Assembly (NCBI GenBank): GCA_051382295.1
Contig: JBBCAW010000008.1
Location: 64,001 to 128,000 of the forward strand
Source: Bdellovibrionota bacterium FG-1
Lineage (GTDB): Bacteria > Bdellovibrionota > UBA1018
Length of the DNA: 64,000 nucleotides
Direction of reading: 5' to 3'
Shown here: in pieces, positions 36,653 to 46,311 of the stretch
Layout of the letters: every line of letters starts with the position of its first letter
Numbering within the stretch: position 1 is the stretch's first letter
Notes under the pieces: model-generated
Told to the model about the DNA's origin: nothing
What the model saw: only the letters and a program-made list of their open reading frames with translations
The model's database searches: none
Made by a program: the position numbers and the translations under genes

Positions 36653-37864
36653 ATGCCCCAAGGATCAGACAAACCCACACCTGAACGCAATCAAGATGAC
36701 GAAAAAACCGACCCGCATCTAGTCCTCCCGAACCTTGCCCAACTCCGACCCCGGCCTCCCATCGCAGAGACTCCGGCGCCTCCCACTCCCCCAAAAACCG
36801 CGCCAAAAATGCCTGAAATGGGGGCGATTGAACCGCTCATGAAAGACCCGCTCATTTCGGAAATCATGATCAACGATCTCCGAAACGTCATGATTGAAAA
36901 AGAGGGCAAGCTGATGTTTTCCGGCTTTGCGTACCCAAGCCTGGATGAACTCAACCGCTTGGTTCGCAACATTCTGGATATCACCGGACGAATCTTAAGC
37001 CCGGATCAGCCCTACGTCGATGTCATGCTTCCCGACGGGTCTCGCGTAAATATTATTGCACCTCCTTTAACCGTCAATGGCCCCTCTATCACCATTCGAA
37101 AATTTCCAGCCCGCCGAATGTCCATCGATGACCTCATGGGGCAAAACACACTTGACCGCCGAATGGCCTATTTTCTCAACATCTGCGTCGTGGGCAGAAT
37201 TAACATTCTTGTCTCTGGCGGAACAGGCAGTGGAAAAACCACGCTACTCAATGTGCTTTCGTCTTTTATCCCAAAAAATGAACGCCTGATCACCATTGAA
37301 GATACCCCCGAACTCCAAATGAACCACGTCAACAGCGTGCGGCTGCAATCCAAACCCCAATCTCCCGCATCCCCGGCGATCAGCGCCCGCGAGCTCGTAG
37401 CTAACGCGCTACGGATGCGTCCCGACCGAATTTTAGTGGGCGAATGCCGCCGCGCCGAAGCCTTTGACATGCTTCAAGCCATGAACACCGGACATGATGG
37501 ATCCATGACCACCATCCACGCTAATTCTCCCCGCGATGCCCTCTCCCGAGTCGAAACCTTGTGTTTAATGGCTGAAGTCGAGCTTCCTCTCTTAGCGATC
37601 CGCAAACAAATCGCGAGCGCCCTTGACTTAGTGATTCAAATTAAAAGATTTCGCACAGGCAAAAGGAAAATAATCGCCATCTCCGAAGTCACGGGGATCG
37701 AAGCGGACACTATCACTTTACAGGACATCTTTTCTTTCGAATCCGACCTCCGTACAGCCGGGGCAAGCCCCGACCAAGGCCAATTTCGCTCTACCGGCTT
37801 GGTCCCTACCTTTGTCGAAAAACTCCGGACCAACGGAATCGACTTCCCTGCAGGGTTTTTCTAA
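36653..37864 (+). CDS. CpaF/TadA-family secretion ATPase
   Basis: [58 protein letters not shown]; start moved to ATG 36653 because the longer ORF runs through the repeat. Confidence 0.92.
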   Translation: MPQGSDKPTPERNQDDEKTDPHLVLPNLAQLRPRPPIAETPAPPTPPKTAPKMPEMGAIEPLMKDPLISEIMINDLRNVMIEKEGKLMFSGFAYPSLDELNRLVRNILDITGRILSPDQPYVDVMLPDGSRVNIIAPPLTVNGPSITIRKFPARRMSIDDLMGQNTLDRRMAYFLNICVVGRINILVSGGTGSGKTTLLNVLSSFIPKNERLITIEDTPELQMNHVNSVRLQSKPQSPASPAISARELVANALRMRPDRILVGECRRAEAFDMLQAMNTGHDGSMTTIHANSPRDALSRVETLCLMAEVELPLLAIRKQIASALDLVIQIKRFRTGKRKIIAISEVTGIEADTITLQDIFSFESDLRTAGASPDQGQFRSTGLVPTFVEKLRTNGIDFPAGFF

Positions 37865-37871
37865 CGCTCAA

Positions 37872-38756
37872 TTATTGCGTAGCATGAGCGTTTATAAGGC
37901 GATGCAAACGATTCAGAACTTCCCACTTCACGCGATCTTCAGACGCGCTCAACGCCCACTTGTAATGAAACTGCTCGTCGGGCGAATTTCGCAGCGATAC
38001 ACCAAAATCCACGCCTCTTGAAACCATGTGAATCACCCACTGTGAATACCAATGGGCCATTTTTTCAGGGTATTCGCGCTTCACACTCATGACGCGCAGA
38101 GCTTCGTCGCCCAAAATTCTTTTGAGGGTATAAATCGAAGCCCCTACAAACTGCTTCGTATATCGATCAGCCAGGGCCTTAGCATCGACCGGCGTAGCGC
38201 TTCCATTCACTTCTGCCGCACGATTCACCTCTCCTTGAGACGAATCAAACTCAATGGGTTTAGGCAGCTCCATTTCAAGCAATGCCAATTCCTCGCCAAA
38301 GAGCTTTAACGCCTCCGGCGACGACCCGGTATTCGTCATTTCCACCTTTCGGTATTCAGTAGAATGAACAAAACCGTTATAAATGCCCTCAAATGAGGCC
38401 CCTTGATTCAACGAATCGACCAAACTTCCAAACTCGCTTCGGTCCTTAGGGTCGTGCATAAACACGATCCGATAGACCTCTTGCAAGAGTTCTGCATTCG
38501 CCTTTGCCATTTTTGCATTGGGGGAGCCTAAAATGCCGTCCCCTCCGACTGAAGACGCAGCCGGCGAAGGCGAACTTTTGGCCAATGGACTACTGCCTCC
38601 GCTGAGGACCGTCACAAAAGCATTCCACTCTTTTTGTAGGCGAATCCACTGCTTTTCGTATTCTGGCGGTATGACATCACAACCTGAAAGGGCGAAAATC
38701 AAGCCCCCCAAAAATACTAAAGTGATCCAAAAGCGAATCTGTTTTTTTGATACCAA
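37872..38756 (-). CDS. Hypothetical lipoprotein
   Basis: Hydrophobic stretch ending in LSGC lipobox; start estimated at TTG 38756. Confidence 0.6.
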   Translation of the reverse strand: MVSKKQIRFWITLVFLGGLIFALSGCDVIPPEYEKQWIRLQKEWNAFVTVLSGGSSPLAKSSPSPAASSVGGDGILGSPNAKMAKANAELLQEVYRIVFMHDPKDRSEFGSLVDSLNQGASFEGIYNGFVHSTEYRKVEMTNTGSSPEALKLFGEELALLEMELPKPIEFDSSQGEVNRAAEVNGSATPVDAKALADRYTKQFVGASIYTLKRILGDEALRVMSVKREYPEKMAHWYSQWVIHMVSRGVDFGVSLRNSPDEQFHYKWALSASEDRVKWEVLNRLHRLINAHATQ

Positions 38757-38806
38757 GGCTGACAATCCCCCATCCTTGCTGTCTCGCACCACAAGTTGAG
38801 AGTACT

Positions 38807-39700
38807 TCACCGTTTTTGGTAGGGCAAACCCAAAGCGCGGGGCGCGCACGACTGGCCCACCCATCCAGCCAGAACCAACACCGTCACTAGATAGGGCAAA
38901 ATTTGGATAAATTGCACCGGAACGGGCTCACTTCCCCAAAGGACAACCCCTTGCAGGCGAATTTGAAGCTGATCCGAAAACCCAAAAAGTAAGCACGCTC
39001 CTAGCGCCGGAAGCGGACGCCATTTACCGAAAATCAGAGCAGCAAGCGCCATAAAACCACGCCCCGCGGTCATGTTACGCGAAAAAGAGGAAGCTAAAAA
39101 TAATGACAATGAAGCCCCCCCCAGCCCAGCAAGACAACCACTGGCAAGGAGTGCAGCCCAACGCACGCGATTCACCCCAATGCCAGCCGAATCTAAAGCC
39201 TCAGGGTGCTCGCCTGCAAAACGCACCCAAAGTCCGGAAGGAAGATACACCATCCAACCCGACACGATTACAGCGAGACCCAAAGCGATCCAAATGGGAG
39301 CCGATTGAAAGCGCAAGTCGATGGGCAACGACGGCGTGCCGGTCGTGGAGCCAAACAAAATTTTGGTCAAAAATGGCGTCAGGCCAGCAGCCAACAAGTT
39401 GATCGCTGTTCCGGCTACAATCTGATCCGCTCTCCATCGAATCACAAAAAGACCATAAAGGGCCGCAAGCCCCATACCTGCCCCCATCGCCGCTAACCCA
39501 CCGAGCCATGGCGAATGTGAAGCCCAAGCCACCGATCCCGCCGCAAACGCCCCGATTAACATCATCCCCTCAAGAGCGATATTGATCACGCCGGCCCGTT
39601 CACTCAGCACCCCCCCAAGGGCCGCAAAAATAAGAGGGGTCGACATTCGAAGCGTCGATGCCCCCATAGCCATCAATAAAATGACAATCGCTCCGCTCAT
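38807..39700 (-). CDS. Nucleoside/sugar ABC transporter permease
   Basis: SERAGVINIALEG, GEHPEALDSAGI, GRGFMALAA. Confidence 0.93.
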   Translation of the reverse strand: MSGAIVILLMAMGASTLRMSTPLIFAALGGVLSERAGVINIALEGMMLIGAFAAGSVAWASHSPWLGGLAAMGAGMGLAALYGLFVIRWRADQIVAGTAINLLAAGLTPFLTKILFGSTTGTPSLPIDLRFQSAPIWIALGLAVIVSGWMVYLPSGLWVRFAGEHPEALDSAGIGVNRVRWAALLASGCLAGLGGASLSLFLASSFSRNMTAGRGFMALAALIFGKWRPLPALGACLLFGFSDQLQIRLQGVVLWGSEPVPVQFIQILPYLVTVLVLAGWVGQSCAPRALGLPYQKR

Positions 39701-40737
39701 GATTGCCTCCTTCGGCTCCACAAGCCTTCTGCCGAAACCGACAAAATGATTAAGGCTTGCAGAATAAGAGACAAGTCCCGGGTAATATTTTCAGTCTCTA
39801 AATCCAAATCCGCCGTTCCCTTATGAAGGGCACCAAAAAGCAAGGCCGCAGCCACCACTCCCAACGGCCGATTTCGCCCCAATAACGCGACCGCAATTCC
39901 AATAAATCCATAGTCCGGAGAAAAGCCTAATTTAAAACGACCGGCATTGCCCATCACCTCGCCCACACCGACCAGGCCCGCTAACCCACCCGCCAAGGTC
40001 ATCGCTAAAATTCTCATTTTTCCAGAATCAATGCCCGCGGTTTGAGCAGCGTCTTCACTTTGACCCACAGCCTTGAGTTCAAACCCAATCACTGTTTTAG
40101 AAAACAAAATCCAGATTCCGAGCGCCACGAGTAAGGCCAAAAAAAAGGCCGTGCTGAGAGGAGCATCACCGAAAAACTGAAGATGGGTCATCACATAACC
40201 CACACCGACGGCCCGAGTCTCAGGATTTTGTGACTCCGGATCCTTCAGCAAATAAAGCGTCACCCAGCTGGCAAGGCCAGCGGCGACAAAATTGAGCATG
40301 ATGGTATTAATGACCTCATGGGATCCGCGCCTGGCGCGCAACCATCCTGGAATCGCACCCCAAGCCGCTCCCGCACCAAAGGCGGCAGCCCCCGCCAATA
40401 ACGGCGCCCAAGGCCAAGCCACAGAGGGAAAACAAGCGCCCACCGCAGCGGCGGCAAGCGCGCCCAAGGTCAATTGTCCTTCGGCACCGATGTTAAACAA
40501 ACCCACCCGAAAGGCCATCGAAACCGAGAGGCCCGTAAAAATCAAAGGAGTCGCATAAAAAAGCGTCATACCCACATCGTAAGCTGAGCCAAAGGCGCTT
40601 TTTCCCATGATCTGAAGCACTCGCCACGGACTTTCGCCCGCAATTCGGGTAATAAGCAACCCCACGGCAAGCCCGGCCAGGACGGCGATCACCGGTCGCA
40701 AGAATGAAACCAGGTTGGCTTTCCATTGACCGCTCAT
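39697..40737 (-). CDS. Nucleoside/sugar ABC transporter permease
   Basis: GLFNIGAEGQ, HEVINTIMLN, GFIGIAVALLGRN. Confidence 0.93.
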   Translation of the reverse strand: MSGQWKANLVSFLRPVIAVLAGLAVGLLITRIAGESPWRVLQIMGKSAFGSAYDVGMTLFYATPLIFTGLSVSMAFRVGLFNIGAEGQLTLGALAAAAVGACFPSVAWPWAPLLAGAAAFGAGAAWGAIPGWLRARRGSHEVINTIMLNFVAAGLASWVTLYLLKDPESQNPETRAVGVGYVMTHLQFFGDAPLSTAFFLALLVALGIWILFSKTVIGFELKAVGQSEDAAQTAGIDSGKMRILAMTLAGGLAGLVGVGEVMGNAGRFKLGFSPDYGFIGIAVALLGRNRPLGVVAAALLFGALHKGTADLDLETENITRDLSLILQALIILSVSAEGLWSRRRQS

Positions 40738-42353
40738 GATGGACTCCCCAAAGACTGCGCTCCGCCCATCGCCAGCCCCAACATCTGCTCACTCGCCTCG
40801 CCTCGTTTGAAGCTCGCAACTATTTTTCCGCTGTAAAATACAAGAATGCGATCTGCAAGCGTGAATATTTCATCCAGTTCCGAAGAGACGAGCAACACTC
40901 CTGCCCCTTCTGCCCTCGCCCGAAAAATACGTTTATGAATAAATTCGATCGCCCCCACGTCCACACCGCGGGTGGGTTGGGCCGCAAGCAATAACCGGGG
41001 AACACGCTCAAATTCGCGGGCAATAATCAACTTTTGCTGATTTCCACCCGAAAGACGTCCTGCGATCGCCAACGGATCACGCGGCCGAACATCATAATTT
41101 TCAAAAGCCACGGCCACCTCTGAATCCAGCGTTTTTTGCGATATAAATCCCCTGCGATTGAATTTAGGTCGACGTTGGAGTCCAAGTAAAAAATTTTCGC
41201 GAACCGGACGTTCTAGCAGTAGCCCCTCCCGCAAACGGTCTTCGGGTACCACCCCCACTCCCAATGCCTTGATGCGTGCAGAATTCCATTTTTGAGCGCC
41301 ACCGATGATCTTTTGCCCAAAAATCTGCACCTCTCCTCGCAGCCCGGATCGATAGACCCCTGGATGTTGCAAGACCTGAAGCAACTCAGATTGACCATTG
41401 CCCTCGATACCGGCAATTCCGACAATTTCACCCGCACGCACTTCAAAAGAAACATCACTCAGGCGATGAACCGCTTCGCGATGGCCAAATTTTTCCGCCA
41501 CTGACAGGGATAAGGAGAGTGATTTTACCTCCAGCACCCGTTCGCCTAGCTTCGGCTGCGATGGGGCTTCGACCTGAAGTGCTACCTTGCGCCCCACCAT
41601 CATATCGGCCAACTGAGCGGGGTCGGTATTTTTAACTAACACCCCACCCACCACCTTTCCAGCCCGAAAAACGGTTACCTCATCAGCAAGCGCCATCACC
41701 TCTCTCAACTTGTGGGTGATGATCAGCACCGTTTTTCCCTCGGCGGCAAGCATTCGAAGTTGCCTAAACAGGTCTAAAATTTCCTGCGGCGTCAATACGG
41801 CGGTGGGTTCGTCCAGTATGAGCACTTTTGCATCGCGATAAAGGAGTTTAAGAATTTCTATTCGTTGTTGACCCCCCACCGCCATGTCTTCGATGGGTTG
41901 ATCCCATTTCACCTCAAGACCATATCGCCTCGAAAGAGAATCAAGTTTAGAACGGGCTCCGGCAAAGTCAATCGGCCGAAAGGCCTCCGGCAACCACCCC
42001 CAAGGGAACTTTGCTGTTTCGGCGCCGATCACGATATTTTCTAGCGCCGTATAAGGACCGGCCAACATGAAATGTTGATGAACCATCCCTATGCCACTCG
42101 CAATTGCCTCTGCGGGCGACCGCCATTTTGAGCCCTTTTTACCCCAAAGCTTCCCCTCAATCCAAATTTCTCCAGCATCGGGCCGATAAAGACCATAGAG
42201 CATCTTCATCGCGGTCGATTTTCCAGCGCCGTTTTCGCCCACAATGGCGTGAACGGTTCCCCTCGTCACTCGAAGGCTGACCTCCGAGTTCGCCACTAAG
42301 GTTCCAAAACGCTTAGTGAGTCCCTTTAATTCGACCGCTGGAAAGTTTGTCAT
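40734..42353 (-). CDS. Nucleoside/sugar ABC transporter ATP-binding protein (tandem ABC domains)
   Basis: GENGAGKST, GMVHQHF, LDEPTAVLT, LSGGNQQK, QPTRGVD. Confidence 0.95.
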   Translation of the reverse strand: MTNFPAVELKGLTKRFGTLVANSEVSLRVTRGTVHAIVGENGAGKSTAMKMLYGLYRPDAGEIWIEGKLWGKKGSKWRSPAEAIASGIGMVHQHFMLAGPYTALENIVIGAETAKFPWGWLPEAFRPIDFAGARSKLDSLSRRYGLEVKWDQPIEDMAVGGQQRIEILKLLYRDAKVLILDEPTAVLTPQEILDLFRQLRMLAAEGKTVLIITHKLREVMALADEVTVFRAGKVVGGVLVKNTDPAQLADMMVGRKVALQVEAPSQPKLGERVLEVKSLSLSLSVAEKFGHREAVHRLSDVSFEVRAGEIVGIAGIEGNGQSELLQVLQHPGVYRSGLRGEVQIFGQKIIGGAQKWNSARIKALGVGVVPEDRLREGLLLERPVRENFLLGLQRRPKFNRRGFISQKTLDSEVAVAFENYDVRPRDPLAIAGRLSGGNQQKLIIAREFERVPRLLLAAQPTRGVDVGAIEFIHKRIFRARAEGAGVLLVSSELDEIFTLADRILVFYSGKIVASFKRGEASEQMLGLAMGGAQSLGSPS

Positions 42354-43342
42354 TTTTTCTTATAAAAATCAGGAACTTGTATTTTGCCCGATAAAATATC
42401 GGCCTTCAATGCATCCAATTTCTTGCGTGAACTCTCGGGAAGAATCTTTTCGTTATACTGGTCCACCGCATAGTCGATGCCCTGGCTAGCTAATCCGTAA
42501 TGGTAAATTCCCGCCTCGAATTTTCCCTCGGCAGCCTCTTGACAGGTTTTGTATACAGCCACGTCGACCCGCTTTAGCATGCTGGTCAAAATAAAGCCCG
42601 GCTTCACCCAGTTTTGATTGGAATCCACGCCAATCGCGAATTTGCGTTTTTCTTCGGCCGCATCAAAAACTCCACTGGTCGAGGCCCCAGATGGCGAAAA
42701 GATCACGTCCACCCCTGAGTCATACTGCGTGACGGCAAGTTCTTTCGCTTTGGCTGGATTATTCCAGGCATCACCGCTGATTCCGATAAAGTTAGAGGTC
42801 ACTTTGATCGCGGGATTTATTTTTTTAGCACCCGCCTCATATCCCCACTGAAAGCGCCGAATCAGCGGAATATCCATGCCTCCGATAAACCCCACTTTTC
42901 CGGTTTTACTCGCCAACGCGGCGGCGGCCCCCACCAAGTAGGATCCCTGATGCTCCTCAAAAAGAAGCGAACGAACATTAGGGGCTGCTACTTCAGCATC
43001 GACAATGGCAAAATGTTTTTGCGGAAACTGAGCGGCCACCTTTTTCAGAGCGTCCCGTTGAGTAATGCCAATCGCAAAAATGATGTCAAAATCCTTTTGG
43101 GCAAAGGCGCGCAATAAAGAATCAAAAGCGTTTTCATCGGTCGCCTCAACGTATTTGACCATGGCGTGCAGATCCTGCTTTGCCTTCATTGCGCCTTGAT
43201 ACGCCGCCGTGTTAAATGATTTATCGTCTTTGCCGCCCTTGTCGAGCACCAAAGCGATGCGCAACTCCTTGGCAGACACATTTCCGACGGAGGCCAAGAC
43301 AATCAAAGTCGCCATCAAAGTAAAAGTCATTTTTTGAATCAT
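42350..43342 (-). CDS. BMP-family nucleoside-binding protein
   Basis: DDKSFN, FEEHQGSYLVG, VGFIGGM, IGVDSNQ, TSMLKRVD. Confidence 0.93.
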   Translation of the reverse strand: MIQKMTFTLMATLIVLASVGNVSAKELRIALVLDKGGKDDKSFNTAAYQGAMKAKQDLHAMVKYVEATDENAFDSLLRAFAQKDFDIIFAIGITQRDALKKVAAQFPQKHFAIVDAEVAAPNVRSLLFEEHQGSYLVGAAAALASKTGKVGFIGGMDIPLIRRFQWGYEAGAKKINPAIKVTSNFIGISGDAWNNPAKAKELAVTQYDSGVDVIFSPSGASTSGVFDAAEEKRKFAIGVDSNQNWVKPGFILTSMLKRVDVAVYKTCQEAAEGKFEAGIYHYGLASQGIDYAVDQYNEKILPESSRKKLDALKADILSGKIQVPDFYKKK

Positions 43343-44256
43343 ATTGAACTCCCTTTTAACTCACTTGTTCTGGGTTGAAAACAGTTCCGATCACGAGAAA
43401 ATCTTTGTCCAAAAAGCACGCAGAGCGAATAAATAGTGCGGGGATCGTCAGTTTCGGGCATGGCGACCACCCCTCCGAGGAGCTGATCGATCCCTTCCAA
43501 CAGCACGCGCACCTGATCTTCGGTCAACTCACGGGTAATCAAACTGCGATAGGCCCGCCGATCCAGCAGGTCTTCGTAGCTGAGCTTGTTCATGAGGTTT
43601 GTCGTATTATGCAGGAAGTTTGCATTTCGAAGTTCAAAAAAATCCTGATCGTCCGGAAAATAGAAATTGCGCTTACTCGCGCGATAAAGACCATCACCTG
43701 AGACCACCACCCCGAGATCATAAAGTTGATCCAGCATCTTTTGAACTCGCGCTTCTTCCAAACCCAGAGCCCGCCCGAGTTCCTCGGGAGAAATCCAGTC
43801 TGGACCGAACGAATTGATGTAGGAAAAAATATCGCGGTACGCGGGGTCGGAAAGGAAGATCTTGAGATGACTCCGATTAAAAACAATCACATCATTCAGC
43901 GGTACTTTTTGTTCGGACCTGACTGACGCGGTGGCAGAGCGATTCTGAGTTTTGTTACCCCGTACTTCAGCCAAGATGTGATCAATTCCATCTCGCGTCA
44001 CCGTATTTTCAAACGCCAGTTGCGCTTTGCACCATTCTAAAAGGCCCTCCATAGGCGCAACCCCTAAAGTTGCACAAATCGAGAGAGCATGCTCCAAAAC
44101 CGGTAATTGTTCGCCCGCCTCATACCGCGAATATTGCGGATAGCTGATTCCGATCGATACCTGCGCACAAAATTCACGCGCCGACCGAAATCGAACTTCT
44201 CTCTTTGATTTCAAGAATTTACCCCAACTGAGGTATTTGCCTTTTATTTTAATCAC
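43339..44256 (-). CDS. XRE-HTH regulator with TIGR02147/DUF4423-like C-terminal part
   Basis: GISYPQYSRYEAGEQLP HTH, second wHTH, C-terminal IYSLCVLFG; overlaps the BMP gene start. Confidence 0.65.
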   Translation of the reverse strand: MIKIKGKYLSWGKFLKSKREVRFRSAREFCAQVSIGISYPQYSRYEAGEQLPVLEHALSICATLGVAPMEGLLEWCKAQLAFENTVTRDGIDHILAEVRGNKTQNRSATASVRSEQKVPLNDVIVFNRSHLKIFLSDPAYRDIFSYINSFGPDWISPEELGRALGLEEARVQKMLDQLYDLGVVVSGDGLYRASKRNFYFPDDQDFFELRNANFLHNTTNLMNKLSYEDLLDRRAYRSLITRELTEDQVRVLLEGIDQLLGGVVAMPETDDPRTIYSLCVLFGQRFSRDRNCFQPRTSELKGSSI

Positions 44257-44355
44257 GCAGTGCGTTATTGCACACTACGATAAATATTTCCAGTAAGATT
44301 ATCTTTTGCATCACAAATATTGACAAAGCGCGTCCAAGACAGTATCTCACCCCTC

Positions 44356-45219
44356 GTGATTGAGATGATTCACTTCATTCCTCCGAGCCAACGCCGATTG
44401 GCCATGTTAGCCGCACAAGCCGATACGGCCCCCGTGCTTATTTCTGGTGCCAGTGGCACGGGAAAGGGAGCCATTTGCCGTTGGATTCATGCTAACAGTC
44501 CCCGCGCCACTCGCCCCCTGATTCAAGCCAACCCCCAAAAATCACTCCTTCAACAGATTCGGCCTGCCCAAGGTGGCACTTTTGTCATCGATGAAATCAG
44601 TGAATATCCACTCGCTGAACAAAAACTTTTACTCGGTTTTATCAAGACAAAATCAGTTCCACATCCTGAAAATGAATCCATGCCCATCCTTTTGAACGTG
44701 CGAATCATGGCCACAACGAGCCACGCCCTTGAAAATCGGGCGCAGGGCGGTCTTTTTAACTCGGAACTTTTGAGTAAATTGACGACCTTTCGAATTGAGA
44801 TGCCCCCTCTTTCAAAACGGGCTGAAGAATTTGATGACATCGTCATGGGAATTGTCGGCGAAATTACCCGCGAACTCCATAAAGAGCACTTAAAAGAAAT
44901 TGCACCATCGACTTGGGAGCACCTGCGCGACTACACATGGCCAGGTAACCTGAGAGAACTGCGCAATGTCTTGCGACTCGCGGTTCTCACGGCCAAAGGA
45001 GACCAAATCGAGGCCGTGGACCTTCCGGATTTTGGACCGGAACGAGTCGATTTTCGGGCCACCCGCGAACAATTTGAAAAAATTTACATCATGGAGCTTC
45101 TCAAAACCTTTGACTGGCAGATCGACAAGACCTGTCGCATGACCCGAATGGACAAGGACACGCTATTGACCAAGATGAGTCAGTACGGAATTCCTGCCGA
45201 TGGGAGCCTATCGCACTAA
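44356..45219 (+). CDS. Degenerate sigma54-activator-like AAA protein with Fis HTH, lacking GAFTGA
   Basis: GASGTGKG, GGTFVIDEI, PPLSKR, WPGNLRELRN; TTGACA-N17-TATCTC 7 nt before GTG 44356. Confidence 0.8.
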   Translation: MIEMIHFIPPSQRRLAMLAAQADTAPVLISGASGTGKGAICRWIHANSPRATRPLIQANPQKSLLQQIRPAQGGTFVIDEISEYPLAEQKLLLGFIKTKSVPHPENESMPILLNVRIMATTSHALENRAQGGLFNSELLSKLTTFRIEMPPLSKRAEEFDDIVMGIVGEITRELHKEHLKEIAPSTWEHLRDYTWPGNLRELRNVLRLAVLTAKGDQIEAVDLPDFGPERVDFRATREQFEKIYIMELLKTFDWQIDKTCRMTRMDKDTLLTKMSQYGIPADGSLSH

Positions 45220-45255
45220 CCACTTCTGAAAGCCTCCCCCCACCCCCAAGGGCTT

Positions 45256-45612
45256 TCAGAGGTGGTCAAGCGGTACATACCCCAAAGCTTTAGCTTGCTC
45301 TAAATTTTCGCGCGGGATCAGGTAAGCGTTACTGGACCCCGTCGGAGCGCCACACACTTGTATCCGCATTTTGCCATCGCCGCCCTTACGAAACTCCAGG
45401 ACCTTCACTTTGTGTTTTTGCAAAACTTCGGCGCCCTGTTCGAGCGTCTGCGCGGTTTCGGGTGCACAGCTTAAGGCGCCATCAGGCTGGGTGACCCACA
45501 CTGAATCCTGAGCCGGCTTATTGCCAAACGCGGTGGCCAGGGAACTCAATAAAAAACATGAAACAAGCGCCAGCCGAAACGTGATCTTACCCAAGTTTTT
45601 CAGAATTTCCAT
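45256..45612 (-). CDS. Small exported hypothetical protein with two Cys
   Basis: Signal-like hydrophobic segment; DG..C and QVCGAPTG. Confidence 0.6.
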   Translation of the reverse strand: MEILKNLGKITFRLALVSCFLLSSLATAFGNKPAQDSVWVTQPDGALSCAPETAQTLEQGAEVLQKHKVKVLEFRKGGDGKMRIQVCGAPTGSSNAYLIPRENLEQAKALGYVPLDHL

Positions 45613-46141
45613 GATGCTTATCAGGGTAACCCAAAAGCGATTCCGCCGCACTCAAACTTCGATCTAAGTAGAGTTGGAAGCGAACGTCATAGCGACCCTT
45701 CGTGTGCTTTTTACAGCATTGAGCGCAAGCCAATGGCCCCAAGCGTTTTCTTGCTGGATAAATCTTCTCACACCCCGCACAGCGATACAAATACCGATAG
45801 GGGCGCGCGCGGGGCACCGTATTGTATCGACTGACACCCATTTCACACATCTTTACCCAAAACTCATCCGTATGACCGTAGGGACGCCTTCGCTCCCAAA
45901 GCCAATAATGAATCATTTCATGCCCAAGAGTGTCAGCGATCAGAACCTCGGCTTCGGGCTCTTCTCGCAGATAAGAAGCAATTTCAATAACAGGCGGAAC
46001 ATCAAGGAGGTGTTTGCGACTCCCCGGAATAAAACGGCCCGCGCTTGAACGAAGTCGGAAATTCCATCTCAACACGGGTGGATCCATGAAACCTTCAAAA
46101 TGCTTTTGATTGATCTGCTCAAAGACCAAAAGCAGCCCCAT
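45587..46141 (-). CDS. SprT-like zinc metalloprotease
   Basis: WNFRLRSSAG, TLGHEMIH, GHTDEF, CxxC...CxxC. Confidence 0.88.
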   Translation of the reverse strand: MGLLLVFEQINQKHFEGFMDPPVLRWNFRLRSSAGRFIPGSRKHLLDVPPVIEIASYLREEPEAEVLIADTLGHEMIHYWLWERRRPYGHTDEFWVKMCEMGVSRYNTVPRARPYRYLYRCAGCEKIYPARKRLGPLACAQCCKKHTKGRYDVRFQLYLDRSLSAAESLLGYPDKHHGNSEKLG

Positions 46142-46311
46142 AACTCATTCTCCTCTTCATCTACGTAACGCGACGTTTACCGTAATTAAAGCACTTTCGC
46201 CTGTCATCAACTTAAGATACCGACTTTACAAGACTTTATATAATAGCCCCCCTCTTGATATTGCATTGTACTAATGATATGATTCGGCGCGTTATAAAAC
46301 GGGAGACAGTG

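Noticed and set aside
36653..37864. Tad pilus or conjugation locus
   Set aside because: Only the ATPase is present; no pilin, TadB/C, secretin or T4SS genes are nearby.
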